This document shows, one piece after another, positions 11,152 to 19,433 of a DNA stretch of 64,000 nucleotides. The position numbers and the translations under genes are program-made. This stretch comes from Rhodovulum sp. (lineage in GTDB: Bacteria > Pseudomonadota > Alphaproteobacteria > Rhodobacterales > Rhodobacteraceae). Positions within the stretch are counted from its first letter, which is position 1. Every line of letters begins with the position of its first letter. The notes below the pieces were generated by a model. The model made no database searches, was not told where the DNA came from, and worked only from the letters and a program-made list of their open reading frames with translations. The stretch is from the NCBI GenBank assembly GCA_020637615.1, contig JACKKC010000017.1, forward strand, positions 4,905 through 68,904, in the 5' to 3' direction.

Positions 11152-12419
11152 GCCGCCTCGCGGATGCGTTCGATCTCGGCGCCGCAGGCCGAGAGCTTCT
11201 CCTCGACGCGCTCGTAGCCGCGGTCGAGGTGATAGACGCGCGCCACGCGGGTCTCGCCCTCGGCGGCGAGCCCGGCGAGGATCAGGCTGACCGAGGCGCG
11301 CAGGTCGGTGGCCATGACCGGTGCGCCCTTGAGCCGTTCCACCCCGGTGACCGTGGCGGTGCCGCCATGGACCTCGATTTGCGCCCCCATGCGCACGAGT
11401 TCCGGCGCATGCATGAAGCGGTTCTCGAAGATGCGCTCCTCGAGATGGCTGGTGCCGTCGGCGGTGGCCAGGAGCGCCATCATCTGCGCCTGGAGATCGG
11501 TGGGAAAGCCCGGGTGCGGCGCAGTGACCACGTCGACCGGCCGGATGCGGCCGTTCGCCCGGCTGACCCGCAGGCCGGCGTCGGTCTCGCGCACCTCGAT
11601 CCCGGCGGCCTCGAGCTTGTCGGCGAAGGCCGCGACCAGATCGCGCCGGCCGCCGAGCAGTTCCACGTCGCCGCCGGTGATGGCGGGGGCCAGCATGTAG
11701 GTGCCGAGCTCGATCCGGTCGGCGACCACGGGATGGGTCGCGCCGCGCAGGCGGTCGACGCCCTGGACCTCGATCGTGGCCGAGCCCTCGCCGGCGATCT
11801 GGGCGCCCATGCGGCGCAGGCAATGCACCAGGTCGACGATTTCGGGCTCGCGGGCGGCGTTCTTCAAGAGCGTGGTGCCGCGGGCCAGCGTCGCGGCCAT
11901 CAGGATGTTCTCGGTCGCCCCGACCGAGACCATCGGCATGTCGATGGTCGCGCCCCGGAGCCCGTCCGTGGCGCTGGCGTGCACATAGCCGTCGCGCAGT
12001 TCGAGCGTCGCGCCGAGCGCTTCGAGCCCCTTGAGATGCAGGTCCACGGGGCGCGCGCCAATGGCGCAGCCGCCGGGCAGCGAGACCACCGCGTGACCGT
12101 CGCGCGCCAGCATCGGTCCGAGCACCAGGATCGAGGCGCGCATCTTGCGCACCAGGTCGTAATCCGCTCGGTGGTTGGCGATGGCCTGCGTGCCGACGAC
12201 GAGGACGCGCCCGTCCTGCAGGCTCGCGACCTCGCAGCCGAGCGATTCGAGCAAGGCGCTCATGGTGCGGATGTCGGAGAGGCGCGGCGCGTTGGTCAGC
12301 GTCAGCGGCTCGTCGGTGAGGAGGGCCGCCGGCATCAGCGTGAGGCAGGCGTTCTTGGCGCCCGAGATCGGAATGCGCCCCTCCAGCCGACGGCCGCCGC
12401 GCACGAGAATGCTGTCCAT
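11148..12419 (-). CDS. murA: UDP-N-acetylglucosamine 1-carboxyvinyltransferase
   Basis: [46 protein letters not shown]. Confidence 0.97.
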   Translation of the reverse strand: MDSILVRGGRRLEGRIPISGAKNACLTLMPAALLTDEPLTLTNAPRLSDIRTMSALLESLGCEVASLQDGRVLVVGTQAIANHRADYDLVRKMRASILVLGPMLARDGHAVVSLPGGCAIGARPVDLHLKGLEALGATLELRDGYVHASATDGLRGATIDMPMVSVGATENILMAATLARGTTLLKNAAREPEIVDLVHCLRRMGAQIAGEGSATIEVQGVDRLRGATHPVVADRIELGTYMLAPAITGGDVELLGGRRDLVAAFADKLEAAGIEVRETDAGLRVSRANGRIRPVDVVTAPHPGFPTDLQAQMMALLATADGTSHLEERIFENRFMHAPELVRMGAQIEVHGGTATVTGVERLKGAPVMATDLRASVSLILAGLAAEGETRVARVYHLDRGYERVEEKLSACGAEIERIREAA

Positions 12420-12426
12420 GGATGCG

Positions 12427-12585
12427 TCAGTCCTGCTGGTCGCGGGCTCCGGCCGCGCCGCTGCGCGCCCGTTTCTGCGCCTTGCGCCGCGCGAGATTGG
12501 CCCGCAGCGCCTCCGCCAGCCGCTCGGCCTTGCGCGCGGCGGGCGCCGGCTTATCCTTGGCGGCGGGGGGCGGGTTCCTCTGCAT
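12427..12585 (-). CDS. Small basic hypothetical protein (52 aa)
   Basis: Own translation [41 protein letters not shown]...; RL..ALR.NL.RRKAQ resembles the small ORF often found upstream of murA in alphaproteobacteria. Confidence 0.65.
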   Translation of the reverse strand: MQRNPPPAAKDKPAPAARKAERLAEALRANLARRKAQKRARSGAAGARDQQD

Positions 12586-12692
12586 GGGGTCTCTCTAGCG
12601 CAGGCGATGGGCTGGGTCCAGATTGTGCTTGCGCCAAGTGCCAGATCCGCTAGAAGGCCCGGGCTCGCCGCCGCGGAACGAAGGGCGGAATT

Positions 12693-12767
12693 GCTGCCGT
12701 AGCTCAGGGGTAGAGCACTCCCTTGGTAAGGGAGAGGCCGCGCGTTCAAATCGCGCCGGCAGCACCA
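12693..12767 (+). tRNA. tRNA-Thr(GGT)
   Basis: Acceptor stem GCTGCCG/CGGCAGC, D arm AGCTCAG..TAGAGC, anticodon arm CTCCC-TTGGTAA-GGGAG, T loop GTTCAAATC, encoded CCA. Confidence 0.97.
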
Positions 12768-12798
12768 CTAAAAGCCTAACAATCCCAAGAAGATAAGC

Positions 12799-12818
12799 GG
12801 GCCACCTCCGGGTGGCCC
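12799..12818 (+). terminator. Hairpin downstream of tRNA-Thr (possible terminator)
   Basis: GGGCCACC-tccg-GGTGGCCC; weak U tail. Confidence 0.45.
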
Positions 12819-12900
12819 GGCTTGCTTCAGCCCCTGGGGTAGCGCTGGGGGCGCGGCGGGGTGGCTAGAATCCGGGTTCGGCCGCCGATATGATCGCGCA

Positions 12901-13693
12901 ATGACCAGCAAGTATGTTCCCCCGGCGATCAACCTCGTCTCCTTCAACTGTCCGCACTCGACCTGTGGAGCGCTGGCAAAGCAGTTCTGGTTCAGCGCAC
13001 ACGCTGACTGGATGGAAAAAGGACGAGACGCCCAGGGTAATGACACCGGAACAGGTGGAGACTCTGTTGCTCGATGACCTCCCGGACGAAGCCACTCGTA
13101 AGAGATTCAGGAAGATATTCGCCAGACTCGCGACAGGGCACCCCTTTCTTGAGGCTAACTCGAAGTACCGTAGCTTCGATGTGAGCAATGTTTCGTTCTC
13201 CCAGTGCTACGCCTGCAACGACATCGCCATCTGGATTTACGACCGGATGGTCTACCCGGTTCGGGGCGAGGCTCCCTTGCCCAACCCGGACCTGCCTGAC
13301 GACATCCGCGCCGACTACGACGAGGCCAGCACCATCCTCGAGCTCTCGCCCAGGGGAGCGGCGGCGCTGCTCCGGCTCGGCATCCAGAAGCTATGCGCTC
13401 ACCTGCTGGGCGAAGGGGGCCGATCCGTGGATGCCGACATCGCCGCGCTCGTCAAGCGCGGACTCGACGCTCGGGTGCAGCAGGCGCTCGATGTTGTTCG
13501 GGTTGTGGGCAACAACGCGGTGCATCGCGGGCAGATCGACCTCCGCGACGACCGGGCCACAGCCGAGAAGCTGTTCGGCCTCGTCAACCTCATCGCAGAG
13601 ATCGAGATCACCCAGCGGAAGCACATCGCCGAGATGTACGCGGCGCTACCCGAGGGAGCGCTGAAGGCAATCGAGAAGCGGGACGGGAAGTAG
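12901..13693 (+). pseudogene. DUF4145 (HEPN-like) protein with N-terminal Cys motif; apparent +1 frameshift at the A run 13016-13020
   Basis: Frame from 12901 gives MTSKYVPPAINLVSFNCPHSTCGALAKQFW; the other frame continues with SQCYAC, PNPDLPDDIRADYDEA, SPRGAAALLRL, RVVGNNAVH. Confidence 0.8.
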
Positions 13694-13731
13694 GGCGACC
13701 GTACAGCCCGAGCGGCTAGGCTGCCTCCACC

Positions 13732-14640
13732 CTATTCCGCCGCAGCGCCCAGTGCCTCTGTGCGGTCGCCCTGCGTCGGCTGCGGAGTGAAGCGGTAGAC
13801 ATGGTGGGCGAGTCGCTCGACCACACCGTGCTCGATGCCCGTCTGAAGGGGGCGATGCATCTTGCCGGCGGGCTCGCCGAGCGCCTGCGCCGCCTCCGCA
13901 ATCGTGAACGGCCGGTCCCCGAAGGACGCCGCCAGCCGGTTCAGGCGGCGGGCATATCGCGGCTGCACGGCGAGAAGCGGTAGCTCCAGCGGCTGGGCGG
14001 GACCATGCTCCGCGATGAACGCCCTCGTCTGGGCCTCCCGCGTCGCGAGGATGGACGCCCGCTGGCGCTCGATGTTGTCGGGATCGTTCCTGACGCGTCG
14101 CATCTTCTCCCGGAACTCCGGCGTCTGGCAGGCGGCTCTTGCTGCGGCAGCAGCGCGGGCTTGATGCTCCGGGCTGAGCAACGTCTCCAGCATGTTGGCC
14201 CGGTAGTCGGGGTCCTCCCACTGCGCCTTGATGGCGGTCGACACCCGTTCCAGATAGTGGGGGTCCTGCCTCGCCACCGAGATGCGGGCGCGATACTCCG
14301 GGTCAGCCCAGAGACGCCGAGCATCATCCCCAGAAAGTCCATCCCTGCCTTCATAGATGTTGAGGCACCTCTCGCCGAACACATGCCGGACAAGCCGAAC
14401 GGCCCGCACCTCCTGGGCATTGACGCGGGAGACGGGGCCACGCCACAGAATCCGCCATTCCGCGATGCCATGCTTCCGGGCGGCGTTACGCCACGCCTTG
14501 CCGCTGCCCTTGTAGCCTGAGGGCAGCGGCCCGGAGCCCCTGAGCGGCCACGAGCAAGCATCTAGCCCAGCGGGCGCGTGCTTGCCGGTGTACACCCAGG
14601 GATCGGCGCGGAAGATGTAGACGACGGCGGTTGCAGTCAC
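13732..14640 (-). CDS. GIY-YIG (T4 Seg-like) endonuclease with NUMOD3-like repeats and C-terminal HTH
   Basis: GTG start at 14640; VVYI..VYTGKH, GYKGSGKAWRNAARKHG, CLNIYEG; repeats WADPEYRARIS / WEDPDYRANM / TPEFREKMR; FTIAEAAQALG HTH-like segment. Confidence 0.75.
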   Translation of the reverse strand: MTATAVVYIFRADPWVYTGKHAPAGLDACSWPLRGSGPLPSGYKGSGKAWRNAARKHGIAEWRILWRGPVSRVNAQEVRAVRLVRHVFGERCLNIYEGRDGLSGDDARRLWADPEYRARISVARQDPHYLERVSTAIKAQWEDPDYRANMLETLLSPEHQARAAAAARAACQTPEFREKMRRVRNDPDNIERQRASILATREAQTRAFIAEHGPAQPLELPLLAVQPRYARRLNRLAASFGDRPFTIAEAAQALGEPAGKMHRPLQTGIEHGVVERLAHHVYRFTPQPTQGDRTEALGAAAE

Positions 14641-14726
14641 TCGCCCGCCACACGCATGACGCAGCCGAGGACGATGCCGGCGGGAATGTTGGCGATGGCC
14701 CAGGCGAGGAGAATGGCGGCGATCAT
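14637..14726 (-). CDS. Small hydrophobic peptide (29 aa)
   Basis: MIAAILLAWAIANIPAGIVLGCVMRVAGE; 4-bp overlaps with both neighbours. Confidence 0.55.
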   Translation of the reverse strand: MIAAILLAWAIANIPAGIVLGCVMRVAGE

Positions 14727-14920
14727 GCCAGCGACTCCGCGACGATCTGGACCTCGACCAGAAGCTCCTTGGCCTGCTCACCCTCGTTGATGACGTAGCT
14801 GAGCGCCGTAGCGGCGGAGAGGAGCCATTCGCCGATGAAGGTGCGCTCCTCGCTCGAACGGGCCTCGAACAGCGCAAGCGTCGCAGCGTCGAGAGTATCG
14901 CGGACATTCTTGAGAATCAT
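14723..14920 (-). CDS. Hypothetical protein (65 aa)
   Basis: Protein-like helical composition; ATGA overlap with the next ORF. Confidence 0.6.
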   Translation of the reverse strand: MILKNVRDTLDAATLALFEARSSEERTFIGEWLLSAATALSYVINEGEQAKELLVEVQIVAESLA

Positions 14921-15007
14921 GACAGTAACACCGAAGTATAGACCGCCGGATCAGCGGCCCGAGTACAGCTACGGTCACGCCTCCGGCGGGCGAAAGGATC
15001 AATCCCT

Positions 15008-15208
15008 CTAAAGGTTTATGCGCCTACGGGGCTGGCGAGCCTCCCACGCCTCCAGATCGGTCCAGTGCCAAGCTATTATTCCGCTCGGTGCCTTGACCGG
15101 CCGGGGAAACTGGTCGTGCTCGATCATGCGAGCCAGGGCTCGGCCGCTGATGCCCAGGCGAGCGCTGACGGCGTTACTGTAGATGAAATCGCGCTCGTCA
15201 TGCCGCAT
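15008..15208 (-). CDS. AlpA/excisionase-like HTH protein
   Basis: VSARLGISGRALARMIEHDQFPRPVK...IIAWHWTDLEAW matches the AlpA pattern. Confidence 0.75.
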   Translation of the reverse strand: MRHDERDFIYSNAVSARLGISGRALARMIEHDQFPRPVKAPSGIIAWHWTDLEAWEARQPRRRINL

Positions 15209-15521
15209 GACGCAGGCTCCTCTTCGCTTGACGGATAGGGTTGGCAGGGCCGAAGGCTTGGCGGGCATGGGCCTGACGGTCGGCGTGGGGACGGGCGGCG
15301 AGGGCGCGGAGGCGATCGCGGGCTTGGTCGGCGTCGATGCCCAGACTCCACGCGATGAAGTCGAAGTCCTTCGTGCCCAGCCAGCGCAGAGCGTCGCGGC
15401 GGTCCTTGTCGCCGTCGGCGCGGCACAGGTCGCGGATGGCGACCTCGAACACAGCGGCCCAGAGCGCCCGCTCCGGGGAGAGCGGTCCCCGGATGGGTTC
15501 GGCGTTGGTGTTCCGGCTCAT
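15198..15521 (-). CDS. Phage-type hypothetical protein
   Basis: PERALWAAVFEVAIRD...DALRWL..DFDFIAWSLGID; coupled within the operon. Confidence 0.7.
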   Translation of the reverse strand: MSRNTNAEPIRGPLSPERALWAAVFEVAIRDLCRADGDKDRRDALRWLGTKDFDFIAWSLGIDADQARDRLRALAARPHADRQAHARQAFGPANPIRQAKRSLRHAA

Positions 15522-15757
15522 TTCTTCCGCCGCATAAAGATGACGCGCAGGTACTCCTCGCGCTCCTCCGGGCTCTTCCGGGCGAGGCCCTTCATCTTCG
15601 CGGGCACCTCGGCCTTGTTGAGCAGGGAGCAGAGACCCGCGAACCTATCGCTGTGGACGTAGTCGACGGCTTCGTCCCGCTCCGCGCTGTCCGGCCCGCA
15701 CAGGTCGAACAGCAGCTGGAGGTGCAGCATCGTGAAGGCTGCTAGCTCCTGGTTCAC
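15518..15757 (-). CDS. Hypothetical protein (79 aa, GTG start)
   Basis: VNQELAAFTMLHLQLLFDL...; 4-bp overlaps on both sides. Confidence 0.6.
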   Translation of the reverse strand: MNQELAAFTMLHLQLLFDLCGPDSAERDEAVDYVHSDRFAGLCSLLNKAEVPAKMKGLARKSPEEREEYLRVIFMRRKK

Positions 15758-16125
15758 CGGATGATCTCCGCGGTGGGAGCCCAGCCGGCGGGGCGTGTGT
15801 CCACGAAGAGCTTGAAGTGCTCTTCGTGCACACTCTCGCGCAGCACTACGCGGCCGGGCGCGGCGACGTGACCGTACGGAAAGTGGCCGTAGGGGACCTC
15901 CTCCATTGGGAGAAGGCCAAATATGGCCATCGCCCAATGAGCGTGGCCAAGGTTCTGGGCGTCTGCTTGGTTCAGGATGTCGTACGGAGCCGGGGTCGAC
16001 GTCCGGGCGAAGGCGGCGTCGATGGCGGCGCGTACCTTGGGCGCGGCGCGGTCGCGGACCGTGGCCCAGAGGGCGGGCGTCATGTCGGCGCGCGGCTGCG
16101 GCGCGTCCTTCCGCACCGTGATCAT
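15754..16125 (-). CDS. Hypothetical protein (123 aa)
   Basis: ORF with ATGA/GTGA coupling in the satellite operon. Confidence 0.65.
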   Translation of the reverse strand: MITVRKDAPQPRADMTPALWATVRDRAAPKVRAAIDAAFARTSTPAPYDILNQADAQNLGHAHWAMAIFGLLPMEEVPYGHFPYGHVAAPGRVVLRESVHEEHFKLFVDTRPAGWAPTAEIIR

Positions 16126-16505
16126 TGCGGTCGCGCCTCCGGCAGAACCTCGACCTTCGGGTTTTGTCCCCGGTTCGCGAGGCAGCCTTCGCTGAAGATG
16201 CGATAGGCGACGTAGTGGGCCTGGTCGCGGACCTGGACCCGCTCTTCCAGCGGCCCGTAGCCCAGGGACACGTAGTGGTCACCGTAGGTGGAGGGCAGGT
16301 AGCCATGGAGGGCCAGAACAACGTGCTCTGGCGCTCCATGTCTCGCGGCAGCGATCCGCACGTCATGGATGGTCGGAGCGTCCATCGACATGACCTCGTT
16401 CATCGTGTCGATGACCTCGCCGGGTAGTTGGTCGAGCAGTTCGAAGAACCGATCGGTGATCATCCCTTCCCACTCCTTCTTGGTCAGCCCGAGCCGCCGC
16501 TTCAT
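16122..16505 (-). CDS. Hypothetical protein (127 aa)
   Basis: ORF with ATGA coupling in the satellite operon. Confidence 0.65.
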   Translation of the reverse strand: MKRRLGLTKKEWEGMITDRFFELLDQLPGEVIDTMNEVMSMDAPTIHDVRIAAARHGAPEHVVLALHGYLPSTYGDHYVSLGYGPLEERVQVRDQAHYVAYRIFSEGCLANRGQNPKVEVLPEARPQ

Positions 16506-17232
16506 CCCAGCGCTCCGATCGCGTCGGCGGCCTTGGCGGTGGGGCTGTTCTTCTTGGCGATCACCTTCGTGAAGGCGGTCAGGAGGTGGCCGGAGGCCCG
16601 CTCCACCCGCGAGAGCACCTCGCGCGTGGCGCGGAGCTGCCGGTTGTCCACGGGGCGAAGGCTTCCGCCGCCATCTCGCGGACGAGGGTGTGCGTCTCGT
16701 CGTTGAGGCCGGAGAGGTAGCCCGGTGCGTCGAGGACGGCGGCGACGTCCGACTTCTTGCCGGCGGTGATCAGCGAACGGACGAAGTCCATGCGCTGGTT
16801 GTCCTTCAGCCCCTTCACATGCTGGCGGATTTCGGCGCCGATTGGGGTCTTGGCGTAGGGGTCCGTGATCGCACTGGCGATGCGAGTCTCCAGCGCGGTC
16901 ACGTGCCGGTTCAGCGCCGTGGTCTGCCGGTCCACGAACTTCGCGCTGGTGTCGAACGCCCGCTCGGCGGCAGCGATCAGGTCCTTGGAGGGCAGCGAGA
17001 CCTCGGCCACCCGCCCGCGGACGAGCTGGTTCGTCTTCGGGCTGACGGCGTCCCACGCGGCGGTGGCGTCGTGCAACTTTCCGAGAGTTGAATAAATCTC
17101 GGAAAGTGCCCCAAGCCCGTCCTTCAGGACGTGGAACCCGATGGTGTTGGCCTGGTTGAGCACGTTCTCATGCTCGGCCAGGACGCCGGGATGGATGTCC
17201 GCCGGAATGTCGGTGCGGATGTCGATGGTCAC
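16502..17232 (-). pseudogene. Helical hypothetical protein (~243 aa) with a single-base frameshift near 16652-16656
   Basis: The 16579..17232 frame reads to AAEAFAP and the 16502 frame continues VDNRQLRATREVL...; span is 731 nt, one base short at a G run; motif VAAVLDAPGYLSGL. Confidence 0.65.
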
Positions 17233-17453
17233 GATTGAGCTCCTTGGTAGTGCTCGAAGCCTCGGGCGAAGTTCGCCGCGTTGGTCGGCCCAGGGTGATC
17301 CGCGAAGTAGCGGAGGAACTGGAGGATCGGGTCCTCGCAGTGGGTGAAGTCGAGGCAGGGGACCGGGCCGGGGCAGCGGCGCGCGCCGGGGTACATCGTG
17401 CCCAGGTCGCGGGACTCCCGCGCGGCGGCGAGGAAGGCGCGGAGGCTACCCAT
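17229..17453 (-). CDS. Hypothetical protein (74 aa)
   Basis: MGSLRAFLAAARESRDLG...; overlaps the terS stop and the next start. Confidence 0.5.
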   Translation of the reverse strand: MGSLRAFLAAARESRDLGTMYPGARRCPGPVPCLDFTHCEDPILQFLRYFADHPGPTNAANFARGFEHYQGAQS

Positions 17454-17997
17454 CGGTCTCGTCCTGATGGGCGATCGTGAGGGGCTCCCGCTTGTCGGCA
17501 ATCTCGCCCAAGAGGTCGAGGAGCTGGTCGGCCCGGTCGGGCGCGAGCAGGTGGATGTCCGACATCGAGAGGTAGATGTGTCCGTGACGGTGGGTGTGAT
17601 CCACCGATCCGGACATCTCCACCTGCCGCTTCTCGCTCCACTCGTCCGGGTTGAGCTTCCGGGCGACCGCGAGGAGCAACTTGTTGTCGTAGATGGGTTC
17701 CTGGCCGACGAGCTCGCCCTTCGAGAAGATCGGCCGGTAGGTCGGCTCCATCGCACGGCGCATGATCTCGTTCTCGACGCGGCCCAGAGCGGTGGCCATC
17801 GAGTCTTCCCACGCGGCGGCGAACTCGGGATCCCGGTCGCGCAGGTCGGTGAAGGTGCGGATCGCGGCGCGCTTGCCCGTCGAGTGCGGGCTGGCGGCCC
17901 GCGCGGCGGCGGGAGGCGATCCCGTCTCTGCGAGAACCTTGAGGAAGGTCGCCTTTCGGGCCTCGGTAAGTGGTTGGTAGCCGCGAACCTGCTTCAT
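17446..17997 (-). CDS. Terminase small subunit-like protein
   Basis: [64 protein letters not shown]: pattern of a TerS family. Confidence 0.75.
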   Translation of the reverse strand: MKQVRGYQPLTEARKATFLKVLAETGSPPAAARAASPHSTGKRAAIRTFTDLRDRDPEFAAAWEDSMATALGRVENEIMRRAMEPTYRPIFSKGELVGQEPIYDNKLLLAVARKLNPDEWSEKRQVEMSGSVDHTHRHGHIYLSMSDIHLLAPDRADQLLDLLGEIADKREPLTIAHQDETDG

Positions 17998-18091
17998 GCG
18001 ATCAGGTTAGCGGTTGGGTCGGGTGCCTCGCCGGGGGGTTGATCCGGAGCGCCCATCTAGTCGAAGATTGCTTGCTGCGGAGGCGGATGGC

Positions 18092-18856
18092 ATGGCGTAC
18101 ACGTCGGTTCGGTCGCCACGGTGGGTGGACGCTACCCACACGCGAATCGACTGTTTCGTCAAGTTCATGCACCTCAAGGTGGAGGTGCCGTTCACCGCAG
18201 ATTCAAAGGATGCCGGAGAGGGGCCGGAGATATTCGCCCGGTGCGCGGCAGGGGAGTTCGGCGAGGTCGCCGAATATGTGCCCGAACCGGAACCTGTGAA
18301 GGTCGTGGCGGGCGGGGTGCCCAAGCTGGTGCAGGGGTGGCCCGAGGTCGAGGAGCTTATCAAGCAGGCCAACACCGAGGTGGCCAGGGGTACGCCGAGG
18401 GGGATCATCCTCGTTTGGTCCACGATGATTGAGGCGATGCTCGGAAGGATTCTGGAGTCCTTCCTGGTTGACAACGCGATCTCGCGAAAACTGATCTGGG
18501 ACGATGCGCAAAGCTCCCTTGGCACATTCTCGGGGCGGTCGAAGGTCTGCTTTGCTCTTGGACTGATCTCGCGACGCGAGTTGACGGTGTGCGACAAGAT
18601 TCGGGCAGTGAGGAATGTGGCTGCCCACGAGTGGAACGTGGACCTGAAGAACGAAGCCTTCAGGGCCAAGGCGATCCCAGCCCTGAAGGCTCTGTACTAT
18701 CTGGATCACGCCAAGCTGTATGAGTGGAACGAGAACGACCTTAGCTTCTTGATCTTGCATATTTATGCGGGATCGTGTGGCTTCCTAGCGGTCAGACTTG
18801 CGGAGCGTCTGGTCGACATAGCGGGGGAGCGTCGGCCCGAACGGAACGATGCGTGA
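18092..18856 (+). CDS. Fusion: tail-fibre-assembly-like N-terminal domain plus MtlR-type HEPN domain
   Basis: N-term SPRWVDATHTRIDCFVKF...VPFTA..D...EIFARCAAGEFGEVAEY; C-term LGTFSGRSKVCFALGLIS...IRAVRNVAAH (RNxxxH). Confidence 0.75.
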   Translation: MAYTSVRSPRWVDATHTRIDCFVKFMHLKVEVPFTADSKDAGEGPEIFARCAAGEFGEVAEYVPEPEPVKVVAGGVPKLVQGWPEVEELIKQANTEVARGTPRGIILVWSTMIEAMLGRILESFLVDNAISRKLIWDDAQSSLGTFSGRSKVCFALGLISRRELTVCDKIRAVRNVAAHEWNVDLKNEAFRAKAIPALKALYYLDHAKLYEWNENDLSFLILHIYAGSCGFLAVRLAERLVDIAGERRPERNDA

Positions 18857-19085
18857 ATCCACGCAGAGTTGGCTGGTGCTCGTGAGCCCTTGGATCGGTT
18901 TACCCAAGTACCGGCAGGGGGGTGTTCGGCTCCGCCCCTATTAAGGGTCCGCTCGGGTCGGTGCGGGCCGGAGCGTGCAAGGGACCCGCGCCGGGCGGGC
19001 CGGTTCCGGGGGCGCGCAGGGGGCGCCGCTGGATCAGGGGTCGGGTAAGCCCAGGCGGGAGGGACGGGGGTTCCAGGTCCTTGCG

Positions 19086-19266
19086 GCGACCTACAGCGAC
19101 CGCAGGCGACCGTAGGCGGGCGGGCGGCTTACCTACATCGGCGCGGGCGGGACCGACTGCAGCGTCGGCCTACGCGCGCATGATCTTCTTGACGCGGGCG
19201 CGCGGGTAAGCGGGTTGCATGCCGAAGCCCCGGCGGGTGAGGCTCGGGCTCGGGCTCGGGCTCGGG
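19086..19266. repeat. Short direct repeats: three GCGACC-led 10-mers and (CTCGGG)x4
   Basis: gcgacctaca/gcgaccgcag/gcgaccgtag at 19086, 19096, 19106; CTCGGG at 19243, 19249, 19255, 19261. Confidence 0.6.
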
Positions 19267-19288
19267 GTCGGCGCGGTGTGGGCGGCGG

Positions 19289-19426
19289 TTACTTGACGAT
19301 GAAGCCGATCTTGATGGAGCCGCCCTTCCGCTCCACCATGTCCTTCCCGTACCATGACTGGAGCCGCTTGACCCGGCGCTTGATCTCCGCAACCTCGACG
19401 CCCAGCGCGGCGGCGGCGTCCTGCAT
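19289..19426 (-). pseudogene. 3' remnant of an HTH-containing gene
   Basis: MQDAAAALGVEVAEIKRRVKRLQSWYGKDMVERKGGSIKIGFIVK*; the upstream part is replaced by trbF sequence. Confidence 0.5.
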
Positions 19427-19433
19427 CGTGACG

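Larger units (their letters stand above)
12768..19430. mobile_element. Phage-satellite-like element at tRNA-Thr (truncated at right; no integrase or primase retained)
   Basis: Starts at the tRNA 3' end; contains terS-like, AlpA-like and GIY-YIG genes and a translationally coupled minus-strand operon; no capsid, portal or tail genes recognised. Confidence 0.75.

Noticed and set aside
9230-11290. Long alternative-frame or antisense ORFs (e.g. 9230..11290, 30670..32760, 37004..39058, 47964..50447, 56175..58766)
   Set aside because: They overlap well-supported genes and are Arg/Gly/Pro-rich shadow frames, as expected in high-GC DNA.
12740-12767. Direct-repeat copy of the tRNA-Thr 3' end or guaA 3' end marking the far att sites
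   Set aside because: None found by eye in the window, consistent with loss at the 19430 junction; an exact string search is still needed.
16640-16665. Programmed ribosomal frameshift in the satellite ORF
   Set aside because: No X XXY YYZ slippery heptamer seen; a one-base loss in a homopolymer fits sequencing error or decay better.
19170-19220. Minus-strand peptide MQPAYPRARVKKIMRA resembling a histone-fold alpha-1 motif
   Set aside because: Only 16 codons before a stop, and the downstream sequence shows no histone-fold continuation; probably chance.
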